This document shows, piece after piece, positions 19,871 through 29,286 of a stretch of 64,000 bases of DNA. The stretch lies in NCBI GenBank assembly GCA_015068525.1, contig SVKJ01000003.1, forward strand, positions 9,779 through 73,778, in the 5' to 3' direction. The DNA is from Oscillospiraceae bacterium (GTDB lineage Bacteria; Bacillota; Clostridia; UMGS1840; HGM11507). The notes beneath the pieces are model-generated. The model saw only the letters and a program-made list of their open reading frames with translations. It was not told the origin of the DNA and made no database searches. The position numbers and the translations under genes were made by a program. Numbering within the stretch: the stretch's first letter is position 1; every line of letters begins with the position of its first letter.

Positions 19871-20233
19871 ATGATGGATGCATTAACTAAAGCAAAGCGA
19901 ATAGTTGAAATTGCTGATTTGAAAAAGGCGCACGATATTGACCTTATTGAAATTAAGGATGTATCGTCAATTACCGATTATTTTGTAATTTGTACTGCGA
20001 ACTCTGAACTTCAGGTTAAAGCGGTAGCAGATGAAATTGAGTTCAAATTAAAAGAAGAGGAAATATATCCTACGCATATCGAAGGGTATCAGACTGCAGG
20101 ATGGGTACTTCTTGATTATAATGATGTTGTATGCCATATATTTAATAAAGAGTCAAGAGCTTTTTACAGTTTGGAAAGATTATGGCAGGATGCAAAAAGA
20201 GTGGATATTTCCGATATTATAAAAGAAGATTAG
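19871..20233 (+). CDS. rsfS: ribosome silencing factor RsfS (iojap)
   Basis: 120 aa; [28 protein letters not shown]...[14 protein letters not shown]. Confidence 0.92.
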   Translation: MMDALTKAKRIVEIADLKKAHDIDLIEIKDVSSITDYFVICTANSELQVKAVADEIEFKLKEEEIYPTHIEGYQTAGWVLLDYNDVVCHIFNKESRAFYSLERLWQDAKRVDISDIIKED

Positions 20234-20249
20234 AAAGAGGGTTTTTAAA

Positions 20250-22658
20250 GTGGATTATAATTTTAAGGATATAGAAAAGAAGTGGCAAAAAATATGGGAC
20301 GAGAAGGAAACTTTTAAAACAAGCACAGATTATACAAAGAAAAAATTCTACGCACTTGTTGAATTTCCTTATCCGTCAGGTCAGGGACTTCATGTTGGCC
20401 ATCCCCGTTCATATACTGCACTTGACATAGTATCAAGAAAGAAAAGGCTTGAAGGATATAATGTTCTTTACCCAATGGGATGGGATGCTTTCGGGCTTCC
20501 TACTGAAAACTTTGCCATAAAAAATAAAATTCATCCTAAAATTGTAACAAAAAATAATGTTGCAAGATTTAAAGAGCAACTTAAATCATTAGGTTTTTCA
20601 TTTGACTGGTCAAAAGAAATAAATACTACCGACCCTGAATATTACAAATGGACTCAGTGGATTTTCTTAAAACTTTTTGAAAAAGGATTAGCATATAAAA
20701 AAGAAATGGCAGTTAACTGGTGCACATCCTGTAAAGTAGTTTTAGCAAACGAAGAAGTTGTTAACGGTGTTTGCGAAAGATGTCAGAGTGAAGTTGTAAG
20801 AAAAGTTAAAAGCCAATGGATGCTTAAAATTACAGAATATGCTGAAAGACTTATTGAGGACCTTGACGAAGTTGACTATGTTGAAAGAGTAAAAACCCAG
20901 CAGAAAAACTGGATTGGTAAATCAACAGGCGCAGAGGTTGATTTTAATACTACAGTTGATTATAAATTAAGAGTTTATACAACACGTCCTGATACTCTTT
21001 TCGGTGCTACATATATGGTAGTATCTCCCGAACATCCTTTTATAGAACAGTTCAGTGATAAAATTTCAAATATTGACGATATTTTAAAATACAGAGAAGA
21101 AGCAAATAAAAAATCAGATTTTGAAAGAACTGAACTTGTTAAAGACAAAACGGGAGTAAGAATTGAAGGAATTTGTGCAATAAACCCTGTAACAAATAAA
21201 GAAATCCCTATTTATGTTTCCGACTATGTTCTTATGACTTACGGAACAGGTGCAATTATGGCTGTTCCTGCTCACGATACAAGAGACTGGGAATTTGCTA
21301 AAAAGTTCAATCTTCCTATAATTGAAGTTGTTAAAGGCGGAGAAGATGTTCAAAGTAAAGCATATACAGAAACATCAACGGGTGAACTTATCAATAGTGA
21401 TTTCTTAAATGGTTTGGAAGTAGAAAAAGCAAAAGAAAAAATAATAGAATATTTAGAAAAAGAAGGAATCGGAGAGAAAAAAGTTAACTATAAATTAAGA
21501 GACTGGGTATTCTCACGCCAAAGATATTGGGGAGAACCTATTCCAATTGTTCACTGCGAACATTGTGGATATGTTCCTGTTCCTGAAAGTGAATTACCTT
21601 TAATGCTTCCTGAGGTTGATTCTTATGAACCTACCGATAACGGAGATTCTCCACTTTCTGCTATGGAAAGTTTTGTTAATACTACATGTCCTAAATGCGG
21701 CAGACCTGCTAAAAGAGAAACTGATACAATGCCTCAATGGGCAGGCTCTTCATGGTATTTCTTAAGATATATTGACCCTGATAATAAAGATTTCTTAGCA
21801 TCTAAAGAAGCACTTGAATACTGGACTCCTGTTGACTGGTATAACGGAGGTATGGAGCATACAACACTTCACTTATTATACTCAAGATTCTGGCATAAGT
21901 TCCTTTATGATATCGGAGTAGTTCCAACAAAAGAACCTTATGCAAAGAGAACTTCTCATGGTATGATTTTAGGCGAAAACGGAGAAAAGATGAGTAAATC
22001 AAGAGGTAATGTAGTAAACCCTGATGATATTGTAAATGAATTCGGGGCGGATACAATGCGTCTTTACGAAATGTTTATAGGCGACTTTGAAAAATCTGCA
22101 CCTTGGTCTGCTCAAGGTATTAAAGGATGTTCAAGATTTATAGAAAGAGTATGGAACTTAAACAACGCAGTTTGTGATGGTGACACATACAGTGAAAAAT
22201 TAGAAAAATCAATGCATAAAACCATTAAAAAAGTATCGATAGATATTGAAAATCTTAAGTTTAACACAGCAATTGCAGCGATTATGGCATTCTTAAATGA
22301 TGTTTATAAAGTTGGTAAGATAAATAAAAAAGAACTTAAAACACTTCTTATTTTATTAAATCCGTTTGCACCTCACATGACAGAAGAAATGTGGGAATTA
22401 AACGGTTTTTCAGGAATGTTAAATCAGGCAAAATGGCCGGAGTTTGACGAAGAAAAATGTGTTGATAATGAAATTGAAATCGTAGTTCAGATAAACGGTA
22501 AAACAAGAGATAAACTTGTTATCCCTTCTGATTTACCAAAAGAAGAATACGAAATAAAAGCGAAAGAACTTGACAATATAAAAGCAAATATAGAAGGAAA
22601 AACTATTGTAAAAGTAATAGCAGTTCCCGGAAAACTTGTTAATATAGTTGTCAGATAG
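20250..22658 (+). CDS. leuS: leucine--tRNA ligase
   Basis: 802 aa, GTG start; HVGH motif ([13 protein letters not shown]) and KMSKS motif (EKMSKSRGN). Confidence 0.96.
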   Translation: MDYNFKDIEKKWQKIWDEKETFKTSTDYTKKKFYALVEFPYPSGQGLHVGHPRSYTALDIVSRKKRLEGYNVLYPMGWDAFGLPTENFAIKNKIHPKIVTKNNVARFKEQLKSLGFSFDWSKEINTTDPEYYKWTQWIFLKLFEKGLAYKKEMAVNWCTSCKVVLANEEVVNGVCERCQSEVVRKVKSQWMLKITEYAERLIEDLDEVDYVERVKTQQKNWIGKSTGAEVDFNTTVDYKLRVYTTRPDTLFGATYMVVSPEHPFIEQFSDKISNIDDILKYREEANKKSDFERTELVKDKTGVRIEGICAINPVTNKEIPIYVSDYVLMTYGTGAIMAVPAHDTRDWEFAKKFNLPIIEVVKGGEDVQSKAYTETSTGELINSDFLNGLEVEKAKEKIIEYLEKEGIGEKKVNYKLRDWVFSRQRYWGEPIPIVHCEHCGYVPVPESELPLMLPEVDSYEPTDNGDSPLSAMESFVNTTCPKCGRPAKRETDTMPQWAGSSWYFLRYIDPDNKDFLASKEALEYWTPVDWYNGGMEHTTLHLLYSRFWHKFLYDIGVVPTKEPYAKRTSHGMILGENGEKMSKSRGNVVNPDDIVNEFGADTMRLYEMFIGDFEKSAPWSAQGIKGCSRFIERVWNLNNAVCDGDTYSEKLEKSMHKTIKKVSIDIENLKFNTAIAAIMAFLNDVYKVGKINKKELKTLLILLNPFAPHMTEEMWELNGFSGMLNQAKWPEFDEEKCVDNEIEIVVQINGKTRDKLVIPSDLPKEEYEIKAKELDNIKANIEGKTIVKVIAVPGKLVNIVVR

Positions 22659-22666
22659 GGTTTTTT

Positions 22667-23074
22667 ATGAAAGTAATGGGACTTGACTTGGGCGATGCGA
22701 GAACAGGAGTTTCCTTGTCAGATGAACTTAAATTTCTTGCTCAGTCGTATGGTACATTATATAACAAAGATAAAGAAGATTTAATAAACCAGTTAGAGCC
22801 AATAATTAAAAATAACAATGTTGAAACGGTTGTTATAGGTCTTCCTAAAAATATGAACGGTACTATTGGCGAAAGAGGAGAAATGGCTAAAGAATTTTCT
22901 GAAATTTTAGAAGAAAAATTTAATGTTAAAACAGTTTTGTGGGATGAAAGGCTTACAACTGTAAGTGCTCACAGAGTTTTATCCGAAGCAAATGTACGAG
23001 GCAAAAAAAGAAAAAAGGTAGTTGATACAGTAAGTGCTGTATTTATATTACAAGGATATTTAGATAGTTTGTAG
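22667..23074 (+). CDS. ruvX: Holliday junction resolvase-like / pre-16S rRNA nuclease RuvX (YqgF)
   Basis: 135 aa; MGLDLGDARTGVSLSD..., GLPKNMNGTIGERG, DERLTTVSA. Confidence 0.92.
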   Translation: MKVMGLDLGDARTGVSLSDELKFLAQSYGTLYNKDKEDLINQLEPIIKNNNVETVVIGLPKNMNGTIGERGEMAKEFSEILEEKFNVKTVLWDERLTTVSAHRVLSEANVRGKKRKKVVDTVSAVFILQGYLDSL

Positions 23075-23086
23075 GGAGGTATTATT

Positions 23087-23371
23087 ATGGCAGAATATAA
23101 TGAAGAAATCAATGTTGTAACATTATATGACGAGAATGAAAATGCACAGGATTATGAGATTGTTGACGTGTTTGAACTTAATGATAATGTTTATGCAGCA
23201 GTTACACCTTATCAGGATGAATATGATGAAAATATTCCTTTAGAGGTTACAATGCTAAAAGTTACTGAAGTTGACGGTGAAGAAATCTTCTCAATTTTAG
23301 AAACAGAGGAAGAAGAACTTGAAGCTTATAATGAACTTTTAAGACGCGAAGAAGAATATAGTGACGACTAA
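23087..23371 (+). CDS. DUF1292 domain protein
   Basis: 94 aa, acidic; VTLYDENENAQDYEIVDVFELNDNVYAAVTP is typical of DUF1292; conserved position after ruvX. Confidence 0.85.
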   Translation: MAEYNEEINVVTLYDENENAQDYEIVDVFELNDNVYAAVTPYQDEYDENIPLEVTMLKVTEVDGEEIFSILETEEEELEAYNELLRREEEYSDD

Positions 23372-23393
23372 TTTTAAAAAATGATTTTAAAAA

Positions 23394-23428
23394 ATACAAC
23401 TAATTGATTTTAGTTGTATTTTTTTTAT
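23394..23428 (+). terminator. rho-independent terminator
   Basis: atacaacta-attgatt-tagttgtat followed by a T8 run. Confidence 0.85.
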
Positions 23429-23490
23429 TTATTTAGTAAAGACTTTAGATAGAACAAAAATTAAAAGTAAAGAGAAAGGAAAAATAAAAA

Positions 23491-24495
23491 ATGAAAAAGA
23501 AAATCATATCAATAATAATGTTATTTGTTTTATGTATGTCTTTTATGGGATGCAGTGCAGTGGAAGATAATCTTCCCAAAATAGGAGTTGCAATTTATAA
23601 GTATGATGATACTTATATTTCAACAGTAAAAAATTCTCTAATAAAAGAAGCACAAAGTACAGCGCAACTTTTACTCAATGATGGTAAAGGAGATCAGGGA
23701 ACGCAAAATGACCAGATAGATTTGCTTATTGAAAAAGGTGTTGATGTACTTCTTGTTAATATAGTTGACGTTGGTGCTGCTCAGACAATAGTAAACAAAG
23801 CCAAAAATGCAGATATTCCAATCATTTTCTTTAACAGAGAACCATCATTAGATGTTTTAAAATCTTATGATAAAGCCAGATTTATAGGCACTAACGCAAA
23901 AGATGCAGGTGTAATTCAGGGTGAAATAATTGCAGAGATTTGGGAAGATGACGTCTTTGATAAAAATAAAGATGGCGTTATGCAATATGTAATGTTCAAA
24001 GGCGAACCTGATAATCCTGAAGCAGTTGCAAGAACTGAATGGTCAATTAAAAGAGCAGAAGAACTTGGTGTTAAAACTGAAGAACTCGGACTTCAGGTTG
24101 CAAACTGGGATGCAGAACTTGCAAACAGAGCGATGGAAGCGTGGATTTCAAAATTCGGGGATAAAATAGAATTTGTTGTAGCAAATAATGATGGTATGGC
24201 TCAGGGCGCTATTTCAGCACTTCAGGCAGCAAATTATAACAAAGGGGATAAGGAAAAATTTATTCCTGTAGTAGGTGTTGATGCAACTGATGCAGCAAAA
24301 GACCTTATAAGCAAAGAATATATGTCAGGAACAGTAGTTCAGGATGGAGAAGAAATGGGAAAAGCACTTTTTAGGGCGGCAATTAATATATACGAAGGAA
24401 AAGATATAACTGACGGAACAGACTATAAGTATGACGAAACGGGAATTTCAGTAAGAATTCCGTACAAACCATATACTTCAGACATCGGAGACTAA
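23491..24495 (+). CDS. mglB: galactose/glucose-type sugar ABC transporter substrate-binding lipoprotein (CUT2 family)
   Basis: Lipobox FMGC; periplasmic-binding-protein type I sequence (IGVAIYKYDDTYIS..., VVANNDGMAQGA). Confidence 0.8.
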   Translation: MKKKIISIIMLFVLCMSFMGCSAVEDNLPKIGVAIYKYDDTYISTVKNSLIKEAQSTAQLLLNDGKGDQGTQNDQIDLLIEKGVDVLLVNIVDVGAAQTIVNKAKNADIPIIFFNREPSLDVLKSYDKARFIGTNAKDAGVIQGEIIAEIWEDDVFDKNKDGVMQYVMFKGEPDNPEAVARTEWSIKRAEELGVKTEELGLQVANWDAELANRAMEAWISKFGDKIEFVVANNDGMAQGAISALQAANYNKGDKEKFIPVVGVDATDAAKDLISKEYMSGTVVQDGEEMGKALFRAAINIYEGKDITDGTDYKYDETGISVRIPYKPYTSDIGD

Positions 24496-24519
24496 CTAAA
24501 TAATGTGTGGTGAATTTAA

Positions 24520-26022
24520 TTGAATAGTAACGATTATATCTTAAGAATGATAGACATTACAAAAACTTTCCCGGGTGTTGTGGCACTTGATAAAGCAAAA
24601 CTTGAAGTAAGAGAAGGCAGTGTTCATTCACTTATGGGGGAGAACGGTGCAGGTAAATCAACTTTGATGAAATGCTTGTTTGGTGTCTATATCGAAGATA
24701 GCGGAAATATTTATATTTCGGGAGAAAAAGTGAATTTCAAAAATTCCAAACAAGCACTTGAAAATGGTGTTGCAATGGTGCATCAGGAACTTAATCAAGT
24801 TTTAGAGCAAACTGTAATGGATAATATCTGGCTTGGAAGATTTCCGACAACAGGCGGAATAATAAATAAAAAGAAAATGTATGAAGATACCAAAAAAATA
24901 TTTGAAGAACTTAATTTAAATATAAAGCCTGATGAAAAAATATCAAAATTATCCGTTTCTCAAAGACAAATGATAGAAATTGCAAAAGCCTATTCTTATA
25001 ATGCAAAAATTCTCGTGCTCGACGAACCAACTTCTTCTTTAACAGAAGAAGAGGTAAAACGGCTTTTTGAAATTATAGATAAATTAAAGAAAAAAGGTTG
25101 CGGAATAATTTATATATCTCATAAAATGGAAGAAATTTTAAAAATTTCAGACGATGTAACCATAATGAGAGATGGTAAATGGATAGCAACCGAAAAGGCA
25201 GAAAATTTAGATATAGATAAAATTATAAAACTTATGGTCGGAAGAGATATGACTCACCGTTTTCCTGATAAAATAAACAAGCCGAAAGATACAATTTTAG
25301 ATGTAAGAAATCTTACCTCATTTTATGCACCAGGTATAACTAATGTAAGTTTTGATTTACGAAAAGGCGAAATCTTGGGTGTGGCAGGACTTGTAGGCTC
25401 AGGAAGAACTGAACTATTAGAAACTTTATTTGGTATAAAAAAGATAAAAAGCGGAGAAATAACTCTTCATTCAAGAAAAATAGAAAATAGTAATCCAAGA
25501 CAGGCTATAAGAAACGGATTTGCACTGCTTACTGAAGAAAGAAGAAGTACAGGTATATTCGGAGGACTTAGCATAAAATTCAATTCCGTAATTTCAAATA
25601 TAAAAGGTTACAGTAAATTCGGTTATTTAAATGATCAAAAAATGGAAAAAGATACAAAATGGGTAATAGACAGTATGAATGTTAAAACGCCAAGTCAGAA
25701 AACCCAAATAAAAACTTTGTCCGGAGGTAACCAGCAAAAAGTAATTTTAGGAAGATGGTTACTTACTGATCCTGAAATTCTTATGCTTGATGAACCAACA
25801 AGAGGAATTGATGTCGGTGCAAAGTTTGAAATATATCAGCTTATTTTAGAACTTGCCTCCCGTGATAAAGCAGTTATTATGGTTTCTTCAGAGATGACCG
25901 AACTTTTGGGAATTTGTGATAGAATTGCGGTTATGTCAAACGGACAAATGGCAGGAATTATAGAAAATGATGAAAATATAACTCAGGAAGAAATTTTAAA
26001 ACTTGCATCAAAATATTTGTAG
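24520..26022 (+). CDS. mglA: sugar ABC transporter ATP-binding protein (duplicated ABC domains)
   Basis: 500 aa, TTG start; Walker [10 protein letters not shown] and GLVGSGRT; signatures LSVSQRQ and LSGGNQQK. Confidence 0.88.
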   Translation: MNSNDYILRMIDITKTFPGVVALDKAKLEVREGSVHSLMGENGAGKSTLMKCLFGVYIEDSGNIYISGEKVNFKNSKQALENGVAMVHQELNQVLEQTVMDNIWLGRFPTTGGIINKKKMYEDTKKIFEELNLNIKPDEKISKLSVSQRQMIEIAKAYSYNAKILVLDEPTSSLTEEEVKRLFEIIDKLKKKGCGIIYISHKMEEILKISDDVTIMRDGKWIATEKAENLDIDKIIKLMVGRDMTHRFPDKINKPKDTILDVRNLTSFYAPGITNVSFDLRKGEILGVAGLVGSGRTELLETLFGIKKIKSGEITLHSRKIENSNPRQAIRNGFALLTEERRSTGIFGGLSIKFNSVISNIKGYSKFGYLNDQKMEKDTKWVIDSMNVKTPSQKTQIKTLSGGNQQKVILGRWLLTDPEILMLDEPTRGIDVGAKFEIYQLILELASRDKAVIMVSSEMTELLGICDRIAVMSNGQMAGIIENDENITQEEILKLASKYL

Positions 26023-26034
26023 GAGGTGAAATTA

Positions 26035-27039
26035 ATGAAAAGAAAAATAAGTGATGTCCTTTTGGACTACTCGTTATATATTGTTCTGGGAGTAATGATT
26101 ATTGCAGTAATAATTCACGATCCGACATTTATTTCGTTTAAGAATATAACCAATATATTAAGTCAGGCATCGACAAGAGGTATTTTAGCATTAGGTGTTG
26201 CAGGTCTTATCGTTCTTCAGGGTACAGACCTTTCTGCCGGCCGTATTTTAGGACTTACTGCAATTATTTCAGCATCACTTTTGCAATCAGTAAATTATGC
26301 ATCAAGAATGTATCCCTCGTTACCTCAACTTCCGCTTTTTTTACCGCTTATTATAGCAGTAATAGTGGGTGCAATATTCGGTGCAATTAATGGGTTTGGG
26401 GTAAGTAAACTCCATCTTCATGCATTTATTGTAACGCTTGGTACTCAACTTATTGCTTATGGTCTATCTGCAATTTATATTGACAGACCGCCTCTTGGCG
26501 CTCAACCAATAGCAAATTTTGATGAAAGATATGTTGACTTTGTTACCGGGTATTTTAAAATAGGTAATTTAGAACTTCCTTATCTTGTTTTCTACCTTGC
26601 AATAATTGCGGTTATTATGTGGTTTATATGGAATAAAACAACACTGGGTAAAAATATGTTTGCAATAGGTGGAAATCCTGAAGCCGCTGCAGTTTCCGGT
26701 GTAAACTTGTTTAAAAACATTATGACAATATATATTATCTCAGGAATCCTTTATGGTATAGCAGGTTTCTTGGAAGCGGGAAGAGTTGGATCTGCTACAA
26801 GTAATACAGGAATAAACTATGAACTTGATGCCATAAGTGCCTGTGTCGTAGGGGGAGTATCTTTCTCCGGTGGTGTAGGTACAATACCTGGTGTAATAAT
26901 TGGTACGATTATTCTACAGTTTATTAATTACGGACTGAATTTCGTAGGAATAAGTCCATATTATCAGTATATAATCAAAGGTCTTATTATAATCCTTGCA
27001 GTATCAATTGACGTAAGAAAATATTTAGTAAAAAAATAA
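26035..27039 (+). CDS. mglC: sugar ABC transporter permease (CUT2 family)
   Basis: Polytopic membrane protein. ATG 26035 lies 8 nt after AGGAGG; the tracked GTG 26026 overlaps the SD. Confidence 0.85.
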   Translation: MKRKISDVLLDYSLYIVLGVMIIAVIIHDPTFISFKNITNILSQASTRGILALGVAGLIVLQGTDLSAGRILGLTAIISASLLQSVNYASRMYPSLPQLPLFLPLIIAVIVGAIFGAINGFGVSKLHLHAFIVTLGTQLIAYGLSAIYIDRPPLGAQPIANFDERYVDFVTGYFKIGNLELPYLVFYLAIIAVIMWFIWNKTTLGKNMFAIGGNPEAAAVSGVNLFKNIMTIYIISGILYGIAGFLEAGRVGSATSNTGINYELDAISACVVGGVSFSGGVGTIPGVIIGTIILQFINYGLNFVGISPYYQYIIKGLIIILAVSIDVRKYLVKK

Positions 27040-27063
27040 AGCCGTAAGGCTTTATTTTTTTTT
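27038..27063 (+). terminator. rho-independent terminator
   Basis: aaagcc-gtaa-ggcttt followed by attttttttt. Confidence 0.8.
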
Positions 27064-27111
27064 ACTTTTATTATATAATTATTTAGTAAAACACTTTTGG
27101 AGGTAAATGTT

Positions 27112-27849
27112 ATGATAAAAGACGGAGTGGATAAAAAAGAAAAAATTATATCATTTTTAATGCTTGGTCAGTCTAATATGGCAGGCAGAGGAGAATTTAA
27201 AGATGTTGAACCGATAGATAATGAAAAATGTTATATGTTAAGAATGGGAAGATGGCAAAAAATGAGTGAGCCGATAAATCCTGACAGAGCAATCTGGGGG
27301 ATAAGATTTCATAGTGGTGTAAGTTTAGGTGCAAGTTTTGCCGATTCTTTTTCTAAAGAGTTTAACTGCTCTGTAGGACTTATACCTTGTGCTGACGGTG
27401 GGACAACTTTGTCCCAGTGGATGCCTGAAGAATTGCTTTTTGACCATGCTGTTATGATGGCGAGCCTTGCCAAACGAACATCTGAAATCGGAGGAATTTT
27501 ATGGCATCAGGGAGAAAGTGACTGCATAAATTTAGATAGTAAGAAGTATAAAGAAAATTTTATAAAAATGATTACCAAATTAAGGGAGGAACTTGGCGAC
27601 TTAAATCTTCCTGTTATTATAGGGGAACTGTCAGAAGACATCTCTTTGGAATGGGTAGATGAAGGAAGTGTTAAAATACTTAATAACACTTTTTACGAAA
27701 TTTCAAAAGAGATAAAAAATTGCATAGTAGTTTCTTCCAAAGGCATAACTTTAAAAGATGATAATCTTCATTTTGATTCAAAGGGATTAAGAGAATTCGG
27801 CATAAGATACTTTAATAAATATAAAGAGTTGGGAGTATTTAATGGTTAA
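27112..27849 (+). CDS. sialate O-acetylesterase-like carbohydrate esterase (SASA/DUF303 domain)
   Basis: LMLGQSNMAGRGE, GLIPCADGGT and WHQGESD blocks; ATG 27112 with SD GGAGG. Confidence 0.8.
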   Translation: MIKDGVDKKEKIISFLMLGQSNMAGRGEFKDVEPIDNEKCYMLRMGRWQKMSEPINPDRAIWGIRFHSGVSLGASFADSFSKEFNCSVGLIPCADGGTTLSQWMPEELLFDHAVMMASLAKRTSEIGGILWHQGESDCINLDSKKYKENFIKMITKLREELGDLNLPVIIGELSEDISLEWVDEGSVKILNNTFYEISKEIKNCIVVSSKGITLKDDNLHFDSKGLREFGIRYFNKYKELGVFNG

Positions 27850-28345
27850 GAAAATTATTTTATGGATAATTACTATTTTCTGGGCAATAATGATTTTTAT
27901 GTTTTCTTCTGAACCGTCCGATATGTCAAATAAAACAAGTATTGGCTTTACAGAAAACATTATTACAATACTTGTAAAAGCAGATTTAATTGATATTCCT
28001 GTTTCGTCATTAGGAGCAGAAGAGTTTATACATAAGATAGCAGAAAAGATAAATCATTATATAAGAAAACTTGCCCATTTTAGTGCTTATTTAGTATTAG
28101 GCGTTTTAGTATATAATCTTTTACTTTGTTATTTTAACAGTAAAAAATCTATATTATATGCACTTCTTATATGTTTACTCTATGCCATAAGTGATGAAAT
28201 TCATCAACTTTTTGTCCCTGGCAGAGCAGGACAGGTAAGAGATGTTTTGATTGACTTTTCGGGTACAACACTTGGCGTTATTTCGGTTTGGTTAATTGAT
28301 AGAATAAAAAATGTAATAAATAATGAAAAAAAGAATATTTTATAG
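27842..28345 (+). CDS. VanZ family membrane protein
   Basis: 167 aa, 4-5 TM helices; KLAHFSAYLVLGVL... and SDEIHQLFVPGRAGQVRDVLIDFSG are typical of VanZ. Confidence 0.85.
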   Translation: MVKKIILWIITIFWAIMIFMFSSEPSDMSNKTSIGFTENIITILVKADLIDIPVSSLGAEEFIHKIAEKINHYIRKLAHFSAYLVLGVLVYNLLLCYFNSKKSILYALLICLLYAISDEIHQLFVPGRAGQVRDVLIDFSGTTLGVISVWLIDRIKNVINNEKKNIL

Positions 28346-28373
28346 GGGAGGGGTTTCGTCCCATCCTGTAACA

Positions 28374-28390
28374 AAAAAACTTGGAGTTAT
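28374..28390. repeat. left copy of the 17-nt direct repeat AAAAAACTTGGAGTTAT (half of a terminator hairpin)
   Basis: Identical 17-mer at 29791-29807, where it forms the 5' half of an intact bidirectional terminator. Confidence 0.9.
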
Positions 28391-28424
28391 GCCGAGTGCC
28401 CCTAAGGACACTCGGCAGTTTTAT
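28391..28424 (+). terminator. GC-rich hairpin plus short T-run (probable current vanZ terminator)
   Basis: gccgagtg-cccctaagga-cactcggc followed by agttttatt. Confidence 0.6.
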
Positions 28425-28427
28425 TCG

Positions 28428-28586
28428 CCTTTGGTCGAGTGGTATTTGCTTTGCAAGTGATATTGCTACGCAGTGGTATTGCCTTCGGCAGTTTATTGGC
28501 GAATAAAATACCACTAAAACCAAAGGTTTTAATAACACTTTTGACTTATCAAAAATATCACTCTGTACGAAGTACAGAATATCACT
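28428..28586. repeat. word/mini-hairpin palindromic array 1 (word GTGGTATT / GTGATATT)
   Basis: Direct words at 28439, 28457 and 28473; inverted words AATACCAC 28507, AATATCAC 28554 and 28578. Mini-hairpins ttgc-ttt-gcaa, tgc-tac-gca, tgcc-ttc-ggca, tctgtac-gaa-gtacaga. Outer helix CCTTTGGT 28428 / ACCAAAGG 28519. Confidence 0.8.
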
Positions 28587-28614
28587 TGAAAAAAAAGTAA
28601 AATTACAGTATAAT
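28586..28614 (+). promoter_or_regulatory. sigma-A type promoter in front of the four-helix-bundle pseudogene
   Basis: TTGAAA (28586-28591), 17-nt spacer, TATAAT (28609-28614). Confidence 0.5.
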
Positions 28615-28633
28615 AATCGCAGAGGTGATATCG

Positions 28634-28863
28634 ATGGCAGCCAGTGTATTAAGGGAGAAAGCAAAACAGTTTGCAAAAGATATGGTTTTCTTATGCAGAG
28701 AAATTAAATCAAGCCACAAAGAAGCGGTATTAGTAAATCAATTATTGCGTTCAGCAACTTCGATAGGTGCTAATCTTCACGAAGCACAATATGCTCAAAG
28801 CAAGAATGTGGCGCTATTCGCAGAATGTTAATTTCATCACTAAAAACAATTAAATCTAAATAA
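28634..28863 (+). pseudogene. four-helix-bundle protein (23S rRNA intervening-sequence protein / Avd family) with internal deletion and frameshift
   Basis: N-terminal 65 aa MAASVLREKAKQFAKDMVFLCREIKSSHKEAVLVNQLLRSATSIGANLHEAQYAQSKN match the family. The frame then stops at 28831 after VALFAEC. The family-typical C-terminus AIRRMLISSLKTIKSK* is read in another frame (28813-28863). The central part (about 45 aa, helices 3-4) is missing. Confidence 0.7.
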
Positions 28864-28868
28864 TAGTA

Positions 28869-28902
28869 AGCCTGAAACGATAATTCTCGTTTCAGGCTTT
28901 TA
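28869..28902 (+). terminator. rho-independent terminator
   Basis: agcctgaaacga-taattc-tcgtttcaggct followed by tttta. Confidence 0.75.
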
Positions 28903-29015
28903 TAATAAGGTTTTAGGATATCCTAAATATTCGGAGGATGGTATACATTTTCCCTGCTTGTTACAGTACCGGACAAGATTTTTATTAAAAAACTTAACAA
29001 ATTCCACCAAAACTA

Positions 29016-29044
29016 TTGATAAAACATAAAAATCGCAGTATAAT
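29016..29044 (+). promoter_or_regulatory. sigma-A type promoter of structured RNA element A
   Basis: TTGATA (29016-29021), 17-nt spacer, TATAAT (29039-29044). Confidence 0.55.
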
Positions 29045-29049
29045 AGTAA

Positions 29050-29259
29050 ATGCGAAACCAATTTAATATATTATACAGTGTTGAGGTATATTTTCTTTTG
29101 GGATAATATACTTATCTTTACATATGCTGATGTTTGAATTTGATAAAAACGCAAATTTCAGTTATCAGTGTATGTGTATATCTCATGCTGTATAAATTGG
29201 TTTCGCGACTATCGGAGTTTGCGTTTTTTATGCGTCTGCTTCGGTAGGCGCATTTTTTA
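29050..29259 (+). ncRNA. structured RNA element A (unclassified; paralog of element B at 48584-48748); either a stand-alone sRNA or a terminator-containing leader
   Basis: 13-bp closing helix GCGAAACCAATTT 29052-29064 / AAATTGGTTTCGC 29194-29206. Second helix ATACAG/CTGTAT. Two internal hairpins (29084-29113 and 29120-29175). Conserved box GACTATCGGAG (29207-29217). 10-bp terminator atgcgtctgc-ttcg-gtaggcgcat plus T6 (29230-29259). Confidence 0.55.
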
Positions 29260-29286
29260 ATTTATAATTTTAGGGGGAGTATTTTT

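Noticed and set aside
20234-20249. T-box leader for leuS.
   Set aside because: Only 16 nt separate rsfS and leuS, so there is no room for a T-box; leuS is co-transcribed.
28428-28586. Arrays 1-3 (also 32643-32797 and 38787-38932) as CRISPR arrays.
   Set aside because: The repeat words are only 8-9 nt and occur in both orientations. The spacers are 8-40 nt and partly palindromic. No cas genes or leader were seen.
28278-28676. 132-aa ORF on the - strand spanning the vanZ 3' end, array 1 and the pseudogene promoter.
   Set aside because: It runs antisense through a real gene end, a terminator hairpin and repeat words. It has no SD and an odd composition, so it is most likely a chance ORF.
28930-28985. 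16-codon ORF (MVYIFPACYSTGQDFY) after GGAGG, and the 14-nt palindrome TTAGGATATCCTAA (28913-28926).
   Set aside because: The SD abuts the ATG with no spacing. The palindrome is short and AT-rich, so it could be chance. It is noted only as part of the inserted segment.
29124-29195. Small ORFs inside the RNA elements (A: 23 aa MLMFEFDKNANFSYQCMCISHAV; B: 48634-48684, 16 aa MTKIQMLLFAYTLQVV).
   Set aside because: Neither has an SD upstream, and the peptides are unrelated to each other although the RNAs are paralogous.
29052-29206. Element A (and B, 48585-48696) as MITEs with 12-13-bp terminal inverted repeats.
   Set aside because: The homology between A and B continues beyond the 3' inverted repeat (GACNNTCGGAG plus terminator). 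No target-site duplication flanks either copy, and each has a properly spaced promoter. An RNA gene or leader fits better, although a mobile origin is not excluded.
28634-29259. Possibility that the Avd-family gene plus RNA element A are part of a diversity-generating retroelement or a retron (closing inverted repeats resembling msr/msd a1/a2).
   Set aside because: There is no reverse transcriptase anywhere in the window. I saw no template/variable repeat pair with adenine-specific differences. The Avd-like gene is itself broken. At most this is a relic.
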